A stretch of 56,990 nucleotides of DNA from Burkholderiales bacterium (GCA_038319115.1 JBBQCV010000002.1:1-56990); one strand, 5' to 3'. Positions 17,072 through 25,860 are shown, counted from the stretch's first letter. Translations and numbers: made by a program. Notes: a model not told the origin generated them from the sequence alone.

Positions 17072-18058
17072 TTGCCGTTACGAGTCCGAACAATCGCTCT
17101 GTTTGCAGGATGGGCCATCCTCGCGAGCGCATGGGGCGCATTGGCGCAAGGGTCCGCGGGCGGCGCGTGGCCGTCCAAACCGGTCAGGATCGTCATCCCG
17201 TTCGCGCCCGGCGGCCCGACCGACATCATTGCGCGCCTCGCCGGCCAGAAGCTCTCCGACCTCCTTGGCCAGCCAATGGTTGTCGAGAGCCGCGCCGGGG
17301 CGGGCGGCAACATCGGCACCGCCGCCGTGGCCAAGGCGGCGCCCGACGGCTACACCGTTCTCATCACGAGTTCGGCATACGCGGTCAACGTGAGCCTCTC
17401 GGCCAATGCGGGCTATGACGCCGAGCGCGATTTTATTCCCGTCGTCGGGATCGCAAAGCAAGCCAACCTGATTTTCGTGCACCCCGCGCTCGGCGTGAAA
17501 ACGTTGGCCGAGTTGCTGGCCTATGCGAAGGTGAAAAAACTCGCGTTCGCCTCCCCCGGCAGCGGCACGACCCCGCACCTCACTGCGGAAAACCTGTTCA
17601 ATGGCCTGTCCCGGCTCGACATGACGCCGATTCACTTCCGCGGCGCCGGGCCGGCAATTGCCGCCGTGGTCGGCGGCGAGCCGCCGGTGGGCGCCGGGGC
17701 GGCATCCACACCGTTACCGCACATCAAGGCGGGGCGCCTCGTGCCCATCGCCGTGTCGTCGGCGGCAAGGGTCGCGGCGCTGCCCGATGTGCCAACCTTT
17801 GCCGAGGCCGGGTTCCCGGGCGTCGAGGACGACACATGGATCGGCCTTTTCGTGCCGGCAGGCACGCCCCTGCCGATCGTGCAAAAGCTCAACGATGCTG
17901 TGAACCAGGCGCTGCGCAGCCCGGACATGCGCGAGCGGCTCGGCGCGCTCGCGTTCGAACCGATGGGTGGCACGCCGCAGCAGTTCAGCGGCTATGTCAA
18001 ATCCGAGATTGTGAAATGGGGTCAGGTGGTCCGCGCAGGCAACATCAAGGCCGAGTGA
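17072..18058 (+). CDS. Bug-family (TctC-like) tripartite tricarboxylate transporter substrate-binding protein, orphan
   Basis: WPSKPVRIVIPFAPGGPTDIIARL...VVESRAGAGGNIG...AKAAPDGYTVL...ASPGSGTTPHL are Bug/TctC hallmarks. Signal peptide LPLRVRTIALFAGWAILASAWGALA. The start is set at TTG 17072, 4 nt after GGAGGAG; GTG 17054 is possible. No tctA or tctB is nearby. Confidence 0.8.
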   Translation: MPLRVRTIALFAGWAILASAWGALAQGSAGGAWPSKPVRIVIPFAPGGPTDIIARLAGQKLSDLLGQPMVVESRAGAGGNIGTAAVAKAAPDGYTVLITSSAYAVNVSLSANAGYDAERDFIPVVGIAKQANLIFVHPALGVKTLAELLAYAKVKKLAFASPGSGTTPHLTAENLFNGLSRLDMTPIHFRGAGPAIAAVVGGEPPVGAGAASTPLPHIKAGRLVPIAVSSAARVAALPDVPTFAEAGFPGVEDDTWIGLFVPAGTPLPIVQKLNDAVNQALRSPDMRERLGALAFEPMGGTPQQFSGYVKSEIVKWGQVVRAGNIKAE

Positions 18059-18095
18059 CCGCCTGCGGCGCGTGTGCCGCTTGCCTCCCGCCGGA

Positions 18096-19349
18096 TCAGA
18101 TAAAGCGCAAGCCCGGCGGCATGCCGAGGTAGTACTGCCCCACACTTTGCAAGTGGGAAAAATTGGCCTGCACCTGCTGCGACACGGCATTCATGTCGCG
18201 CAGTCGGCGCTCGAAAGGCTGGGTTGCGAAAATCGCGGTCGCCCCCGCATCAGCGTAAGCGGCATGCACGACTTCCCGCGCCTCGTGGATCGCATAGGTC
18301 GAAGCCAGCCGCAGCCTGACGCGGGATTCGAAGCTCGGTGGGCCGGCCTGGCACTCGTCCCACATCGCCCGCAGGATGGAAACGATCCATGCGTGCGCCG
18401 ACTGCAGCCTCGCTTCCGAAGTGGCAATGCGGGTCTGGATCCACGCGTCTTCGCGCAAAGGATTGCCGGTGCCCGAAGGGGTTTTCCTGCTGGCGAGGGC
18501 AATGAACGCATCGAGCGTCGCGCGGGCGACGCCCAGCCCCACGGCCGCAAATCCCGCCTGGTACACGTTCATGGGCGCCAGGCGGTAGAGCGGCCCCTGC
18601 TCGCGGCGCTCGGGCTCGAGCCCGGGCGCAGCACCTTCGGCCAGCTGGTGGTCGCGGGCGGTGGCGCGCGGGACGAGCGAGAACTCGGCCGGCACGAAGT
18701 GATTCTCCAGCGAGTAGGTGTCGCTGCCGGTGCCGCGCAGGCCCACAACATCCCACGTGCTGGCGGCAACCTTAATGGCCTCGCGCGGGACCAGCATGGT
18801 GCGTTCGAGCGGCCTGCCGTCGGGCGCCTTGAGGATGGCCCCCGATTCGTCGGTCCGGTGGCAATGCGCGCCGACCCACGTCGAGTGGCGGTTGCCGCTG
18901 CCGAATCCCCACGTCCCGCTGACGCGCCACCCCCCTTCGACCGGGGTGGCGCGGCATTGCGGGCCGAGGGAATAGCCCCACGCCACGACTGCGCGCGCGT
19001 CCCCGAACACGCGGTGCGCCGCGGCAGGCTCCATGTAGGCGGCCGACATCGAACACCCCGAGCTTTGCGCGACACACCACGCGGCGCTCGCATCGCCCGT
19101 GGCGATCTCGTGTACCACCTGGAAGAATGTCGCCGGATCGAGTTCGGCACCGCCGAACGTGTGCGGCAGGAACATGCGGAAAGCCCGTGCGTCGAACAAC
19201 GCATCCAGCACGTCGGCGGGCAGGGCGCAGTCCGCGTCGATGCGTGGCGCCGCCGCTTCGAGAACGGGCCGCAAAGCTCGCGCGCGCGCGATCCATCCAG
19301 CCTCGATCTCGCCGCGGGCCGCGCCGTTCACCGGGCCTTCTTTTTCCAC
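18096..19349 (-). CDS. Acyl-CoA-dehydrogenase-fold flavin-dependent monooxygenase / dehydrogenase (two-component oxygenase-like)
   Basis: 417 aa with an ACAD-type layout (...GGWRVSGTWGFGSGNRHSTWV..., C-terminal helical domain). Both candidate starts are GTG. GTG 19349 overlaps the upstream gene by 22 nt. GTG 19331 gives a 4-nt GTGA overlap with the upstream stop. Confidence 0.65.
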   Translation of the reverse strand: MEKEGPVNGAARGEIEAGWIARARALRPVLEAAAPRIDADCALPADVLDALFDARAFRMFLPHTFGGAELDPATFFQVVHEIATGDASAAWCVAQSSGCSMSAAYMEPAAAHRVFGDARAVVAWGYSLGPQCRATPVEGGWRVSGTWGFGSGNRHSTWVGAHCHRTDESGAILKAPDGRPLERTMLVPREAIKVAASTWDVVGLRGTGSDTYSLENHFVPAEFSLVPRATARDHQLAEGAAPGLEPERREQGPLYRLAPMNVYQAGFAAVGLGVARATLDAFIALASRKTPSGTGNPLREDAWIQTRIATSEARLQSAHAWIVSILRAMWDECQAGPPSFESRVRLRLASTYAIHEAREVVHAAYADAGATAIFATQPFERRLRDMNAVSQQVQANFSHLQSVGQYYLGMPPGLRFI

Positions 19350-20065
19350 TCTTCGTAACGGGCGCGCGTCGCCTCGTTCGGGGGATAGGTGCCCGGCAGC
19401 GGTCGTCCCGAGGAGATTTCCTCCATGACGAATTGCTCGAGTTGCTCCTGGGCGAAAGCATCTTCGGCAACCTCATCGGCCAGGTGACGCGGGACCACGA
19501 TCACGGCTTCGGCATCGCCTACGATGACGTCGCCCGGATACACCGCCACCCCGCCGCATGCAATCGGCACGTTGAAATCGACGGCGTGCTGGTGGGTCAG
19601 GCTGATCGGCGCCGCGGGCGCCTTGCAGTACACCGGGAATGCTTGCGCCGCGATTTCCGGCGTATCGCGCAGACCCCCGTCGCTCACGAAGCCGGCGGCG
19701 CCGCGTACAGCAAGGCGCCGCACGAGGATGCCGCCCGCAGAAGCGCACCGCGCGTCGCCGCGGCAGTCGATCACGAGGACACTGCCCACAGGCGTAATCT
19801 CGATCGCCTTGCGCTGCGGGTGATCCGGGTCCTGGTGGATGGCGATGTGGTCGATGTCCTCGCGCGCGGGAATGTTTCGCAGCGTGAAAGCCTCGCCCAC
19901 GAGCGGGGGGGCGTTGGGCGTGAGCCTGCCCACGCCCTGCATGACCTGGTTGCGCAGCCCGCGCTTGAAAAGCTGGGTCGAAAGGGTGGCGCTCGAACAG
20001 GCCGCCAGCCGCGCGCGCGTCCGGGTCGCCAGCGTGCTGGTCGCAGCCTGCGTCGATTCGCTCAT
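19328..20065 (-). CDS. RraA-family protein (4-hydroxy-4-methyl-2-oxoglutarate aldolase / oxaloacetate decarboxylase-like fold)
   Basis: 245 aa. ...VLVIDCRGDARCASAGGILVRRLAVRGAAGFVSDGGLRDTPEI...FPVYCKA...ACGGVAVYPGDVIVGDAEAVIVVP matches the RraA/HMG-aldolase core. Confidence 0.7.
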   Translation of the reverse strand: MSESTQAATSTLATRTRARLAACSSATLSTQLFKRGLRNQVMQGVGRLTPNAPPLVGEAFTLRNIPAREDIDHIAIHQDPDHPQRKAIEITPVGSVLVIDCRGDARCASAGGILVRRLAVRGAAGFVSDGGLRDTPEIAAQAFPVYCKAPAAPISLTHQHAVDFNVPIACGGVAVYPGDVIVGDAEAVIVVPRHLADEVAEDAFAQEQLEQFVMEEISSGRPLPGTYPPNEATRARYEEWKKKAR

Positions 20066-20190
20066 GACGGGAGTATTGCACGACGCAGGAACGCCGAAAC
20101 AAGGCGCCTCTGGGGCCTACGCCCTTGCCGCAGGCGGTGGTCAACCGATGCAGCGCGAATTCACGTCCCCGAATTCGGATACGATGAACC

Positions 20191-21420
20191 ATGGCCCCGG
20201 AAACTCATGCGGAGAATTCCGCCCATCCCCAGCGCGAGCAGTTCCTGGCGCTGCTTGCGCAATCGCTCGAAGCCGGCACGTTCGTGCGCCTCGTGCTCGC
20301 CAAGTACCGTGGCACCGAGCCGGACCTCGTGCGGGTGACTGCGCGCAGCGTGGTGCTGCGCGGCGAGCCATGCCTGTCATTCGCCTACAGCTACAAGACC
20401 CGCGATGTGACCAAGAATGCCGCAGTGGCCGAAGCGCTGCCTCTGGTGGGCGAGGTTATCGGAACCGAATTCGAGAATGCCCACCTGCTCACGACGGCCC
20501 AGGACATCCAGCTAGCGGTCAGCCGCAAGGGAAAATACAGCCTGCGCGCGGGACCCGCAGCGGTGACCGACGCACCTTCGGCGCGCCACGACCGGGAAAA
20601 GCACCGTTTCCTCGATCTCGACCGCCCCTTCCTGGCCGCGCTCGGCGTGACCGACGCGAACCACCGGCTGGTGCCCTCGATGGCGCGCAAATGGAAGCAG
20701 ATCAACAAGTTCGTCGAAGTCCTCGACCATGCCGTCGAGTCTTCGGCGCTCAGGGGGGCAAGCCGTGTCCGGGTAGTCGACTTCGGCTCGGGCAAGGGCT
20801 ATCTCACGTTTGCCGTACACGACTATCTCGTGAACAGCCGCGGCGTCGAGGCAAGCGTCACCGGGGTCGAGTTGCGCGAAGAGCTCGTGCGCACCTGCAA
20901 CGCGGCTGCAGCGCAGGCCGGGACGAAGGGACTGGCGTTCGAACAGGGCGACATCGGCAACGACCGCCGCGAGCCCATCGACATCATGATCGCCCTGCAT
21001 GCGTGCGATACGGCGACCGACCTCGCCCTGCACGCCGGCGTCCGGGCGGGCGCCGCGATCATCCTGTGCGCCCCTTGTTGCCACAAGGAAATCCGCCCCC
21101 AGATGCACAGCCCGGCGCCGCTGCGCGGATTGCTCAAGCATGGCATCCACCTGGGCCAGGAGGCCGAGATGGTGACCGACGGCCTGCGCGCGCTGTTGCT
21201 CGAATCGGAAGGTTACGAGGCGAAGATCTTCGAGTTCGTCTCGCTCGAGCATACGAGCAAGAACAAGATGATCCTGGCGGTGCGGCGCGCCCACGCGCAG
21301 GACCGCGCAGCATCCGACGCGCAGATCCGCGAGATCAAGGACTATTACGGCATCCGGGAGCAGAGCCTCGAAACCCTGCTGCGTGGCGAGGCGCAGGCGC
21401 CACCGGCTACGCCTGCCTGA
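20191..21420 (+). CDS. Class I SAM-dependent methyltransferase with an uncharacterised ~170-aa N-terminal domain
   Basis: 409 aa. Motif I VVDFGSGKGYLT, IDIMIALHACDTATD, and CAPCCHKE, recalled as Methyltransf_32-like. The 3' end overlaps the convergent TPR-methyltransferase gene by 14 nt. Confidence 0.65.
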   Translation: MAPETHAENSAHPQREQFLALLAQSLEAGTFVRLVLAKYRGTEPDLVRVTARSVVLRGEPCLSFAYSYKTRDVTKNAAVAEALPLVGEVIGTEFENAHLLTTAQDIQLAVSRKGKYSLRAGPAAVTDAPSARHDREKHRFLDLDRPFLAALGVTDANHRLVPSMARKWKQINKFVEVLDHAVESSALRGASRVRVVDFGSGKGYLTFAVHDYLVNSRGVEASVTGVELREELVRTCNAAAAQAGTKGLAFEQGDIGNDRREPIDIMIALHACDTATDLALHAGVRAGAAIILCAPCCHKEIRPQMHSPAPLRGLLKHGIHLGQEAEMVTDGLRALLLESEGYEAKIFEFVSLEHTSKNKMILAVRRAHAQDRAASDAQIREIKDYYGIREQSLETLLRGEAQAPPATPA

Positions 21421-23515
21421 CGCACCAGAACTGGTACATCGAGCTGAAGGTCCGCGGATGGGCCTCCTCGAACCGGTGCCATGCGGCCAGGTCACGCGCC
21501 GCATCAGCGGCGCCGAACATCGCGCGGAATGCCGCCCTTGTGCGCGGCGGACACTCCATGTGCACGAAACGCAATCCCAGCCCGGTGAGGCACTCTGCGA
21601 TGCGCGGCACGGTGAACACGTGCTCCTTCACGTGCATGAGCAGGTCGCGGCAACCGTTCAGGGTGAAAAAATCGCCGAACGCGAGCACTTCGCGCGCAGG
21701 GTCGCCGTGCGCAAGCGCCATGATCGCGTGGCGCGCTGCACGAATGCCCGCAGGCGTTGGCGGCAAGCCCAGCACCGATAACTGCTCGCGTGCCGCGCGC
21801 ACGCCCGCCCTGGCAGTCTCGCTGTAAAGCGCCACGCGCATGAGGCCATCGGGCTCGAGCAGTTCTGAGAGTACCCGCCATCCGCGCACCGGGTCCTCGA
21901 GATGGTGAAGCACGCCCGCGCACTCGATGATGGCGAAGCGCTCGGCAAGCACGCCAAGCCCGAGGAGGTCGGCCTGCGCGAAGCGGATGTTCGTCACGCC
22001 GAAACGCGCGGTCATGCGCTCGGCGTAGGCCAGGCTTGCCAGGCTCAAGTCGACCGCGAGGATCTCGCTGTCGGGAAACGCGCGCGCAACCTGGAGCGAG
22101 TGGTGGCCAGTGCCGCAGCCGGCAACGAGGATGCGGGCCGGGCCATTGGGCCGGGGCGCGGGGCGTTCCGGGCATAACCTTTGCGCGAGGGCCGCGAAGC
22201 TGTCGCGCTCCGGCCGCGGCACGCTCACCCAGCGCGGATAGGGGCTCTCCTCATACTGCATGCGCACTGCACGGGAAACCGAGTCGTCGATTGGCGTGAG
22301 GGCCGGCATCGCCGCGGCGAGCCCAGCTTCCCGCTGCCGGTCGAGGACTTGCTCCGCGACGATCGGCCGGAATGCAGTGGGCCAAACCTCCAAGCCGTGT
22401 TCGATAAAATAATCGTCCGCTTCGAGTGCCCTCAACGGGGCGTAAAGCGCATGGATCGCGAGGGTATGGGCGAGGGCCGCGGGTTCGGCGCCATCATCGA
22501 GTTGTGCTTTCAATGCCGACTGGATTGCCTCGCTTGCATGCTGCTCCCGCGGCGTTGCGAACGAGGCGTAGCCGCACAGGAAGCATTGGCGGGCGAGCGC
22601 GCAAACGAATTCGAACGGGATGCAGTCGGGCAGCGAGCCGCCCTGCGCCGGCGCTGGCTGTGCACGAACCAACGTCCAACGCCGAAGAAACGTCAGGACC
22701 GCTTCGAGGTCCGCATCGATGATGGGCATGCGCGGCAATGCCGCCAGCAGCAGGGGCGAGCCGACGAACCCACCGGTGTCGGGCAGGCCGTAAGGGTCCG
22801 CATCGCGCACAGCCGCCTCGAGCAGTGCGTGGAATGCGGGGTCGGCCTTCAGTACACTCGGGACCGCGGTGGCGAGAAACACGGTGGAGATGCCGTCGTC
22901 CTGGCACAGGCTGGCAAGGATTGAGCGCTCGCGTTCACCGGCCGCGCCGAACGCCGCGCCATACAGCGCGCCCGCCAGCTGCTGGCGCCAGCGCGCGTTC
23001 GCGCCGTCCACTTCGAGGGCGTCGAACAGCAGTGGAATCGCGTCGGCCGCCTGGCCGTGCTCCAGCATTGCGGCCGCATGACCGGCCTGCACCTGCGCAA
23101 ACTGCGCCAGTGCCTGCCCGGCTTCGACCACCCTGCCCATGCGACGCAGCAGCACGCTGCGATTGAACAAGGCGCCGGCGAAGTCGGACTGCTGCTCGAT
23201 CGCGGCGTCGAGCGCGCCGAGGGCTTCGCCCTCGCGGCCGGTGTGCTCCAGGACCTCGGCCAATGCGGCCAGGGCCTCTGGAAATCCGCGCCTCAATCGC
23301 AGGGCCGTGCGCAACGCTTCTTCGGCCGGCCCCCAGTCCGCTTTGGCAATGCAGGTCAGCCCGATATTGAAGGGCGGGGCGGGGTAGGCAGGATCGAGCG
23401 CAGCGGCCTGCCGGTAGAGCCGCAGGGCTTCGTCGCCGGCGCCCGAGGCTTCGGCCTCGATCGCCCGGTCGACGAGCCGCCGCGCCTCGGCCGCGTCAGC
23501 CGCGCCTACGCTCAT
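21407..23515 (-). CDS. TPR-repeat protein fused to a C-terminal class I SAM-dependent methyltransferase domain; function unknown
   Basis: 702 aa from the ATG at 23515 (MSVGAADAAEARRLVDRAIE...). The N-terminus has TPR-like A/L-rich repeats. The C-terminus has ILVAGCGTGHHSL (motif I), ILAVDLS, FAIIECAGVLHHLEDP and DGLMRVALY. Its ATG overlaps the rlmK stop (ATGA at 23512-23515). The rest of ORF 21407..24262 is out of frame with rlmK and was rejected. Confidence 0.7.
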   Translation of the reverse strand: MSVGAADAAEARRLVDRAIEAEASGAGDEALRLYRQAAALDPAYPAPPFNIGLTCIAKADWGPAEEALRTALRLRRGFPEALAALAEVLEHTGREGEALGALDAAIEQQSDFAGALFNRSVLLRRMGRVVEAGQALAQFAQVQAGHAAAMLEHGQAADAIPLLFDALEVDGANARWRQQLAGALYGAAFGAAGERERSILASLCQDDGISTVFLATAVPSVLKADPAFHALLEAAVRDADPYGLPDTGGFVGSPLLLAALPRMPIIDADLEAVLTFLRRWTLVRAQPAPAQGGSLPDCIPFEFVCALARQCFLCGYASFATPREQHASEAIQSALKAQLDDGAEPAALAHTLAIHALYAPLRALEADDYFIEHGLEVWPTAFRPIVAEQVLDRQREAGLAAAMPALTPIDDSVSRAVRMQYEESPYPRWVSVPRPERDSFAALAQRLCPERPAPRPNGPARILVAGCGTGHHSLQVARAFPDSEILAVDLSLASLAYAERMTARFGVTNIRFAQADLLGLGVLAERFAIIECAGVLHHLEDPVRGWRVLSELLEPDGLMRVALYSETARAGVRAAREQLSVLGLPPTPAGIRAARHAIMALAHGDPAREVLAFGDFFTLNGCRDLLMHVKEHVFTVPRIAECLTGLGLRFVHMECPPRTRAAFRAMFGAADAARDLAAWHRFEEAHPRTFSSMYQFWCVRQA

Positions 23516-24540
23516 TTGAGCGCCCACCACGCCCGGTGCGGGGGTGGCCGACCGGCGCGCCTGAAGTCTTCGGGCACGCTGCGGTGGGTGATCTCTTCCA
23601 GCGCAAGCGCCCGCGCGAGACTGGGGTCGAGTTCGAACGAACGCAGGTTGGTCGAGAAGAACAGTTCGCCGCCCGTCGCAAGCAGCGCGTGGCACTGGCG
23701 CACGAGGCGGGCATGGTCGCGCTGCACGTCGAGCACGCCCTGCATTTTCTTCGAGTTCGAAAACGAGGGCGGATCGAGGACAATCATGTCGAACACGCGC
23801 CTTTCCGCCATCGCGGCCCCAAGCCATGCGATCACGTCGGCCCGCACCAGCCGGTGGCGACCGGTGTCGAGCCGATTGAGCGCGAAGTTGCGCGCAGTCC
23901 ATGCCTGGTAGGTATTGGACAGGTCCACCGTGATCGAATCGGCCGCCCCGGCGGCGCCCGCATACACGCTGAAGCTGCCGGTGTAGGCAAACAGGTTGAG
24001 GAATCGCGGCGGGACGCCCTTCGCGGCGCGCCCGGCCGCCGCGGCGGCTACAAGCGCGCGCCCCGGACGGTGGTCGAGGAACAACCCGGTGTCGAGATAG
24101 GTGTCGAAATCCACCTCGAAGCGATGCCCCGCCTCTTCCACCACGAAAGTTTCCGGGCTCGCGTCGAACTTCTCGTACTGCGAGGTGCCGCGCTGGCGTT
24201 CGCGACGCTTCAGGTGCAGCCTGTCGGCGGGGACGCTGCAGGCGGCGCAGATCGCATCGCACACGGCCACCAGCCAGGCCGTGTAGTCCGCGTCGCTGCG
24301 CTTCCAGCCCGTGTCGATCTCCTGCACATGCAAATGGACCTCGGCGCGCGGCGCAACGGTCTCGAACCGGTCGATGGCGAACGGGAACTGGGGAACGTCG
24401 CGGTCATAGATCCGATAGCAAGCGATCGCGCGCCGCCTGGCCCATTTCTGCCAATGCGCGAGGTTTTTGCGCAGGCGGTTGGCGAAGGGCGAAACGTCCC
24501 CGTCGCCGGAGGCAGTGCCGTTAGCCTGTGGGATGCTCAT
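23512..24540 (-). CDS. rlmK: Stand-alone 23S rRNA (guanine2069-N7)-methyltransferase, homologous to the RlmK half of E. coli RlmKL
   Basis: 342 aa, collinear with the C-terminal half of E. coli RlmKL: FANRLRKNL..W.KWARR..I.CYR.YD.D.P.F..A.DR, YLDTGLFLDHRP, FLNLFAYTGSFSVYA, VDLSNTY, LDPPSFSNSKKM and DVQRDH. Confidence 0.8.
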   Translation of the reverse strand: MSIPQANGTASGDGDVSPFANRLRKNLAHWQKWARRRAIACYRIYDRDVPQFPFAIDRFETVAPRAEVHLHVQEIDTGWKRSDADYTAWLVAVCDAICAACSVPADRLHLKRRERQRGTSQYEKFDASPETFVVEEAGHRFEVDFDTYLDTGLFLDHRPGRALVAAAAAGRAAKGVPPRFLNLFAYTGSFSVYAGAAGAADSITVDLSNTYQAWTARNFALNRLDTGRHRLVRADVIAWLGAAMAERRVFDMIVLDPPSFSNSKKMQGVLDVQRDHARLVRQCHALLATGGELFFSTNLRSFELDPSLARALALEEITHRSVPEDFRRAGRPPPHRAWWALK

Positions 24541-24782
24541 CTTGCGTGGGCCCGGTTCATCGGCCCTATCTTAGCGAGGTGGGCGGACGATATGATCCGA
24601 CAACCGTCCCGGCGGTGCACAAGGGAGCCGGGCGCAAACGCATCGCAGCCATCACACTGGCCCGTGCCGTGAACTATTGATGCCCAATTCCGCGCACGAT
24701 CGTACCCGGCCGCCGAGTTTCGGCTATTCTTGGGCCTCGACCCCCCTGCGATCTTCGTCCCACCTTTCAGGAGCACGTCCAA

Positions 24783-24950
24783 TTGGCCAAGCCAAATTTC
24801 CAGTACGAAAAACGCCAGAAGGAACTTGCCAAGAAGAAAAAGCAGGAAGAAAAGCGGCTCAAGAAGCTGGCCGCCAAGGAATCGGGCGCACCAGAGGCCA
24901 CTGACGGCCAGCCCGTCGCCGGCACCGAGGCCACCAAGACCGACTTGTAG
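24783..24950 (+). CDS. Small lysine-rich conserved-looking hypothetical protein (55 aa, TTG start); absent from the supplied ORF track, which lists nothing shorter than 60 aa
   Basis: AGGAG at 24769-24773, 9 nt before TTG 24783. Translation is (M)AKPNFQYEKRQKELAKKKKQEEKRLKKLAAKESGAPEATDGQPVAGTEATKTDL, stop TAG 24948-24950. A perfect terminator follows 20 nt downstream. The PNF-YEKRQ-ELAKK opening resembles small betaproteobacterial proteins I recall. Confidence 0.55.
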   Translation: MAKPNFQYEKRQKELAKKKKQEEKRLKKLAAKESGAPEATDGQPVAGTEATKTDL

Positions 24951-24969
24951 CCGCCGGTCCGCCAAAAAG

Positions 24970-24995
24970 AAAAAGCCCGGCGCGCCGGGCTTTTT
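24970..24995. terminator. Bidirectional rho-independent terminator between convergent genes
   Basis: aaaaagcccggcgcgccgggcttttt: a perfect GC-rich palindrome flanked by an A5 run and a T5 run. Confidence 0.85.
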
Positions 24996-25011
24996 CATTT
25001 CCTCCTGCCGT

Positions 25012-25860
25012 TCAGCGCTGGTAGGCGACGACTTTCTGCTTCTGCTGGCCCAGGCCCTGGATGCCAAGGGTCATTACATCGCCGGGCTTGAGGAATACCG
25101 CCTCGGGCTTGACCCCCATTCCGACGCCCGGGGGAGTGCCGGTGGTGATGATGTCACCGGGCAACAGGGTCATGTACTGGCTCACGTAAGCGACGAGGTG
25201 GGCGCAGTCGAAAATCATGGTGCGGGTGTTGCCGCTCTGCATGCGACGGCCGTTGAGGTCGAGGAACATGTCCAGAACCTGCGGGTCGGGGATCTCGTCG
25301 GTCGTCACCAGCCACGGGCCGATCGGCCCGAACGTGTCGTAGCCCTTGCCCTTGTCCCACTGCGAGGACTGCAACTGGAACGCGCGCTCGGAGACGTCAT
25401 TCACCACGCAGTAGCCAGCCACATGCTCGAGCGCCTTTTCCTTGGTCACGTGTTGCGCCTTGGTCCCGATCACGATGCCCAGTTCCACCTCCCAGTCGAG
25501 CTTGGTGCTGGCGGGCGGTTGGATCACGTCGTCATCAGGGCCGCTGATGCAGGTGGTGGCCTTGCCGAAGATGATGGGCTCGCTCGGGATCGCCATGCCG
25601 GCTTCCTTGGCGTGGTCGGAGTAGTTGAGCCCGATGGCGACGAACTTGCCGATGCCGACATAAGGCACGCCCATGCGCTGGGCGCCCGACACCACCGGCA
25701 GGCTTTCGGCCTTGATGCGCGCGAGGTTCTTCAGGCCGCGCGGCGACAACTCGTTCGGGCCGATATTGCCGACCACCTTCGACAGGTCGCGCAGCTTGCC
25801 TTCCGCGTCGATCATGCCCGGCTTCTCGAAGCCGTCCTTGCCATAGCGACACAATTTCAT
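25012..25860 (-). CDS. Fumarylacetoacetate hydrolase (FAH) family protein, 2,4-diketo-3-deoxy-sugar-acid hydrolase type
   Basis: 282 aa. KFVAIGLNYSDHAKE, LDWEVELGIVIG, NDVSERAFQ, WDKGKGYDTFGPIGPW and PGDIITTGTPPGVG are FAH-fold motifs. It lies immediately downstream of a DHRS6-like SDR. Confidence 0.75.
   Translation of the reverse strand: MKLCRYGKDGFEKPGMIDAEGKLRDLSKVVGNIGPNELSPRGLKNLARIKAESLPVVSGAQRMGVPYVGIGKFVAIGLNYSDHAKEAGMAIPSEPIIFGKATTCISGPDDDVIQPPASTKLDWEVELGIVIGTKAQHVTKEKALEHVAGYCVVNDVSERAFQLQSSQWDKGKGYDTFGPIGPWLVTTDEIPDPQVLDMFLDLNGRRMQSGNTRTMIFDCAHLVAYVSQYMTLLPGDIITTGTPPGVGMGVKPEAVFLKPGDVMTLGIQGLGQQKQKVVAYQR

Noticed and set aside
17072-18058. Orphan Bug/TctC gene as evidence of a missing or novel transporter
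   Set aside because: Large families of orphan Bug binding proteins without adjacent tctAB are a known feature of several Burkholderiales, so on its own this is ordinary.
23516-24262. Upstream 249 codons of the 951-aa ORF 21407..24262
   Set aside because: This part overlaps rlmK in a different frame and translates to Arg/Pro-rich low-complexity sequence. The TPR protein has a clean ATG at 23515 that overlaps the rlmK stop.
24537-25067. 176-aa minus-strand ORF and the 24730-25986 plus-strand ORF spanning the rlmK-FAH spacer
   Set aside because: They have no SD, their translations are low-complexity, and they run through a perfect bidirectional terminator (24970-24995). The short TTG-start gene explains the region better.
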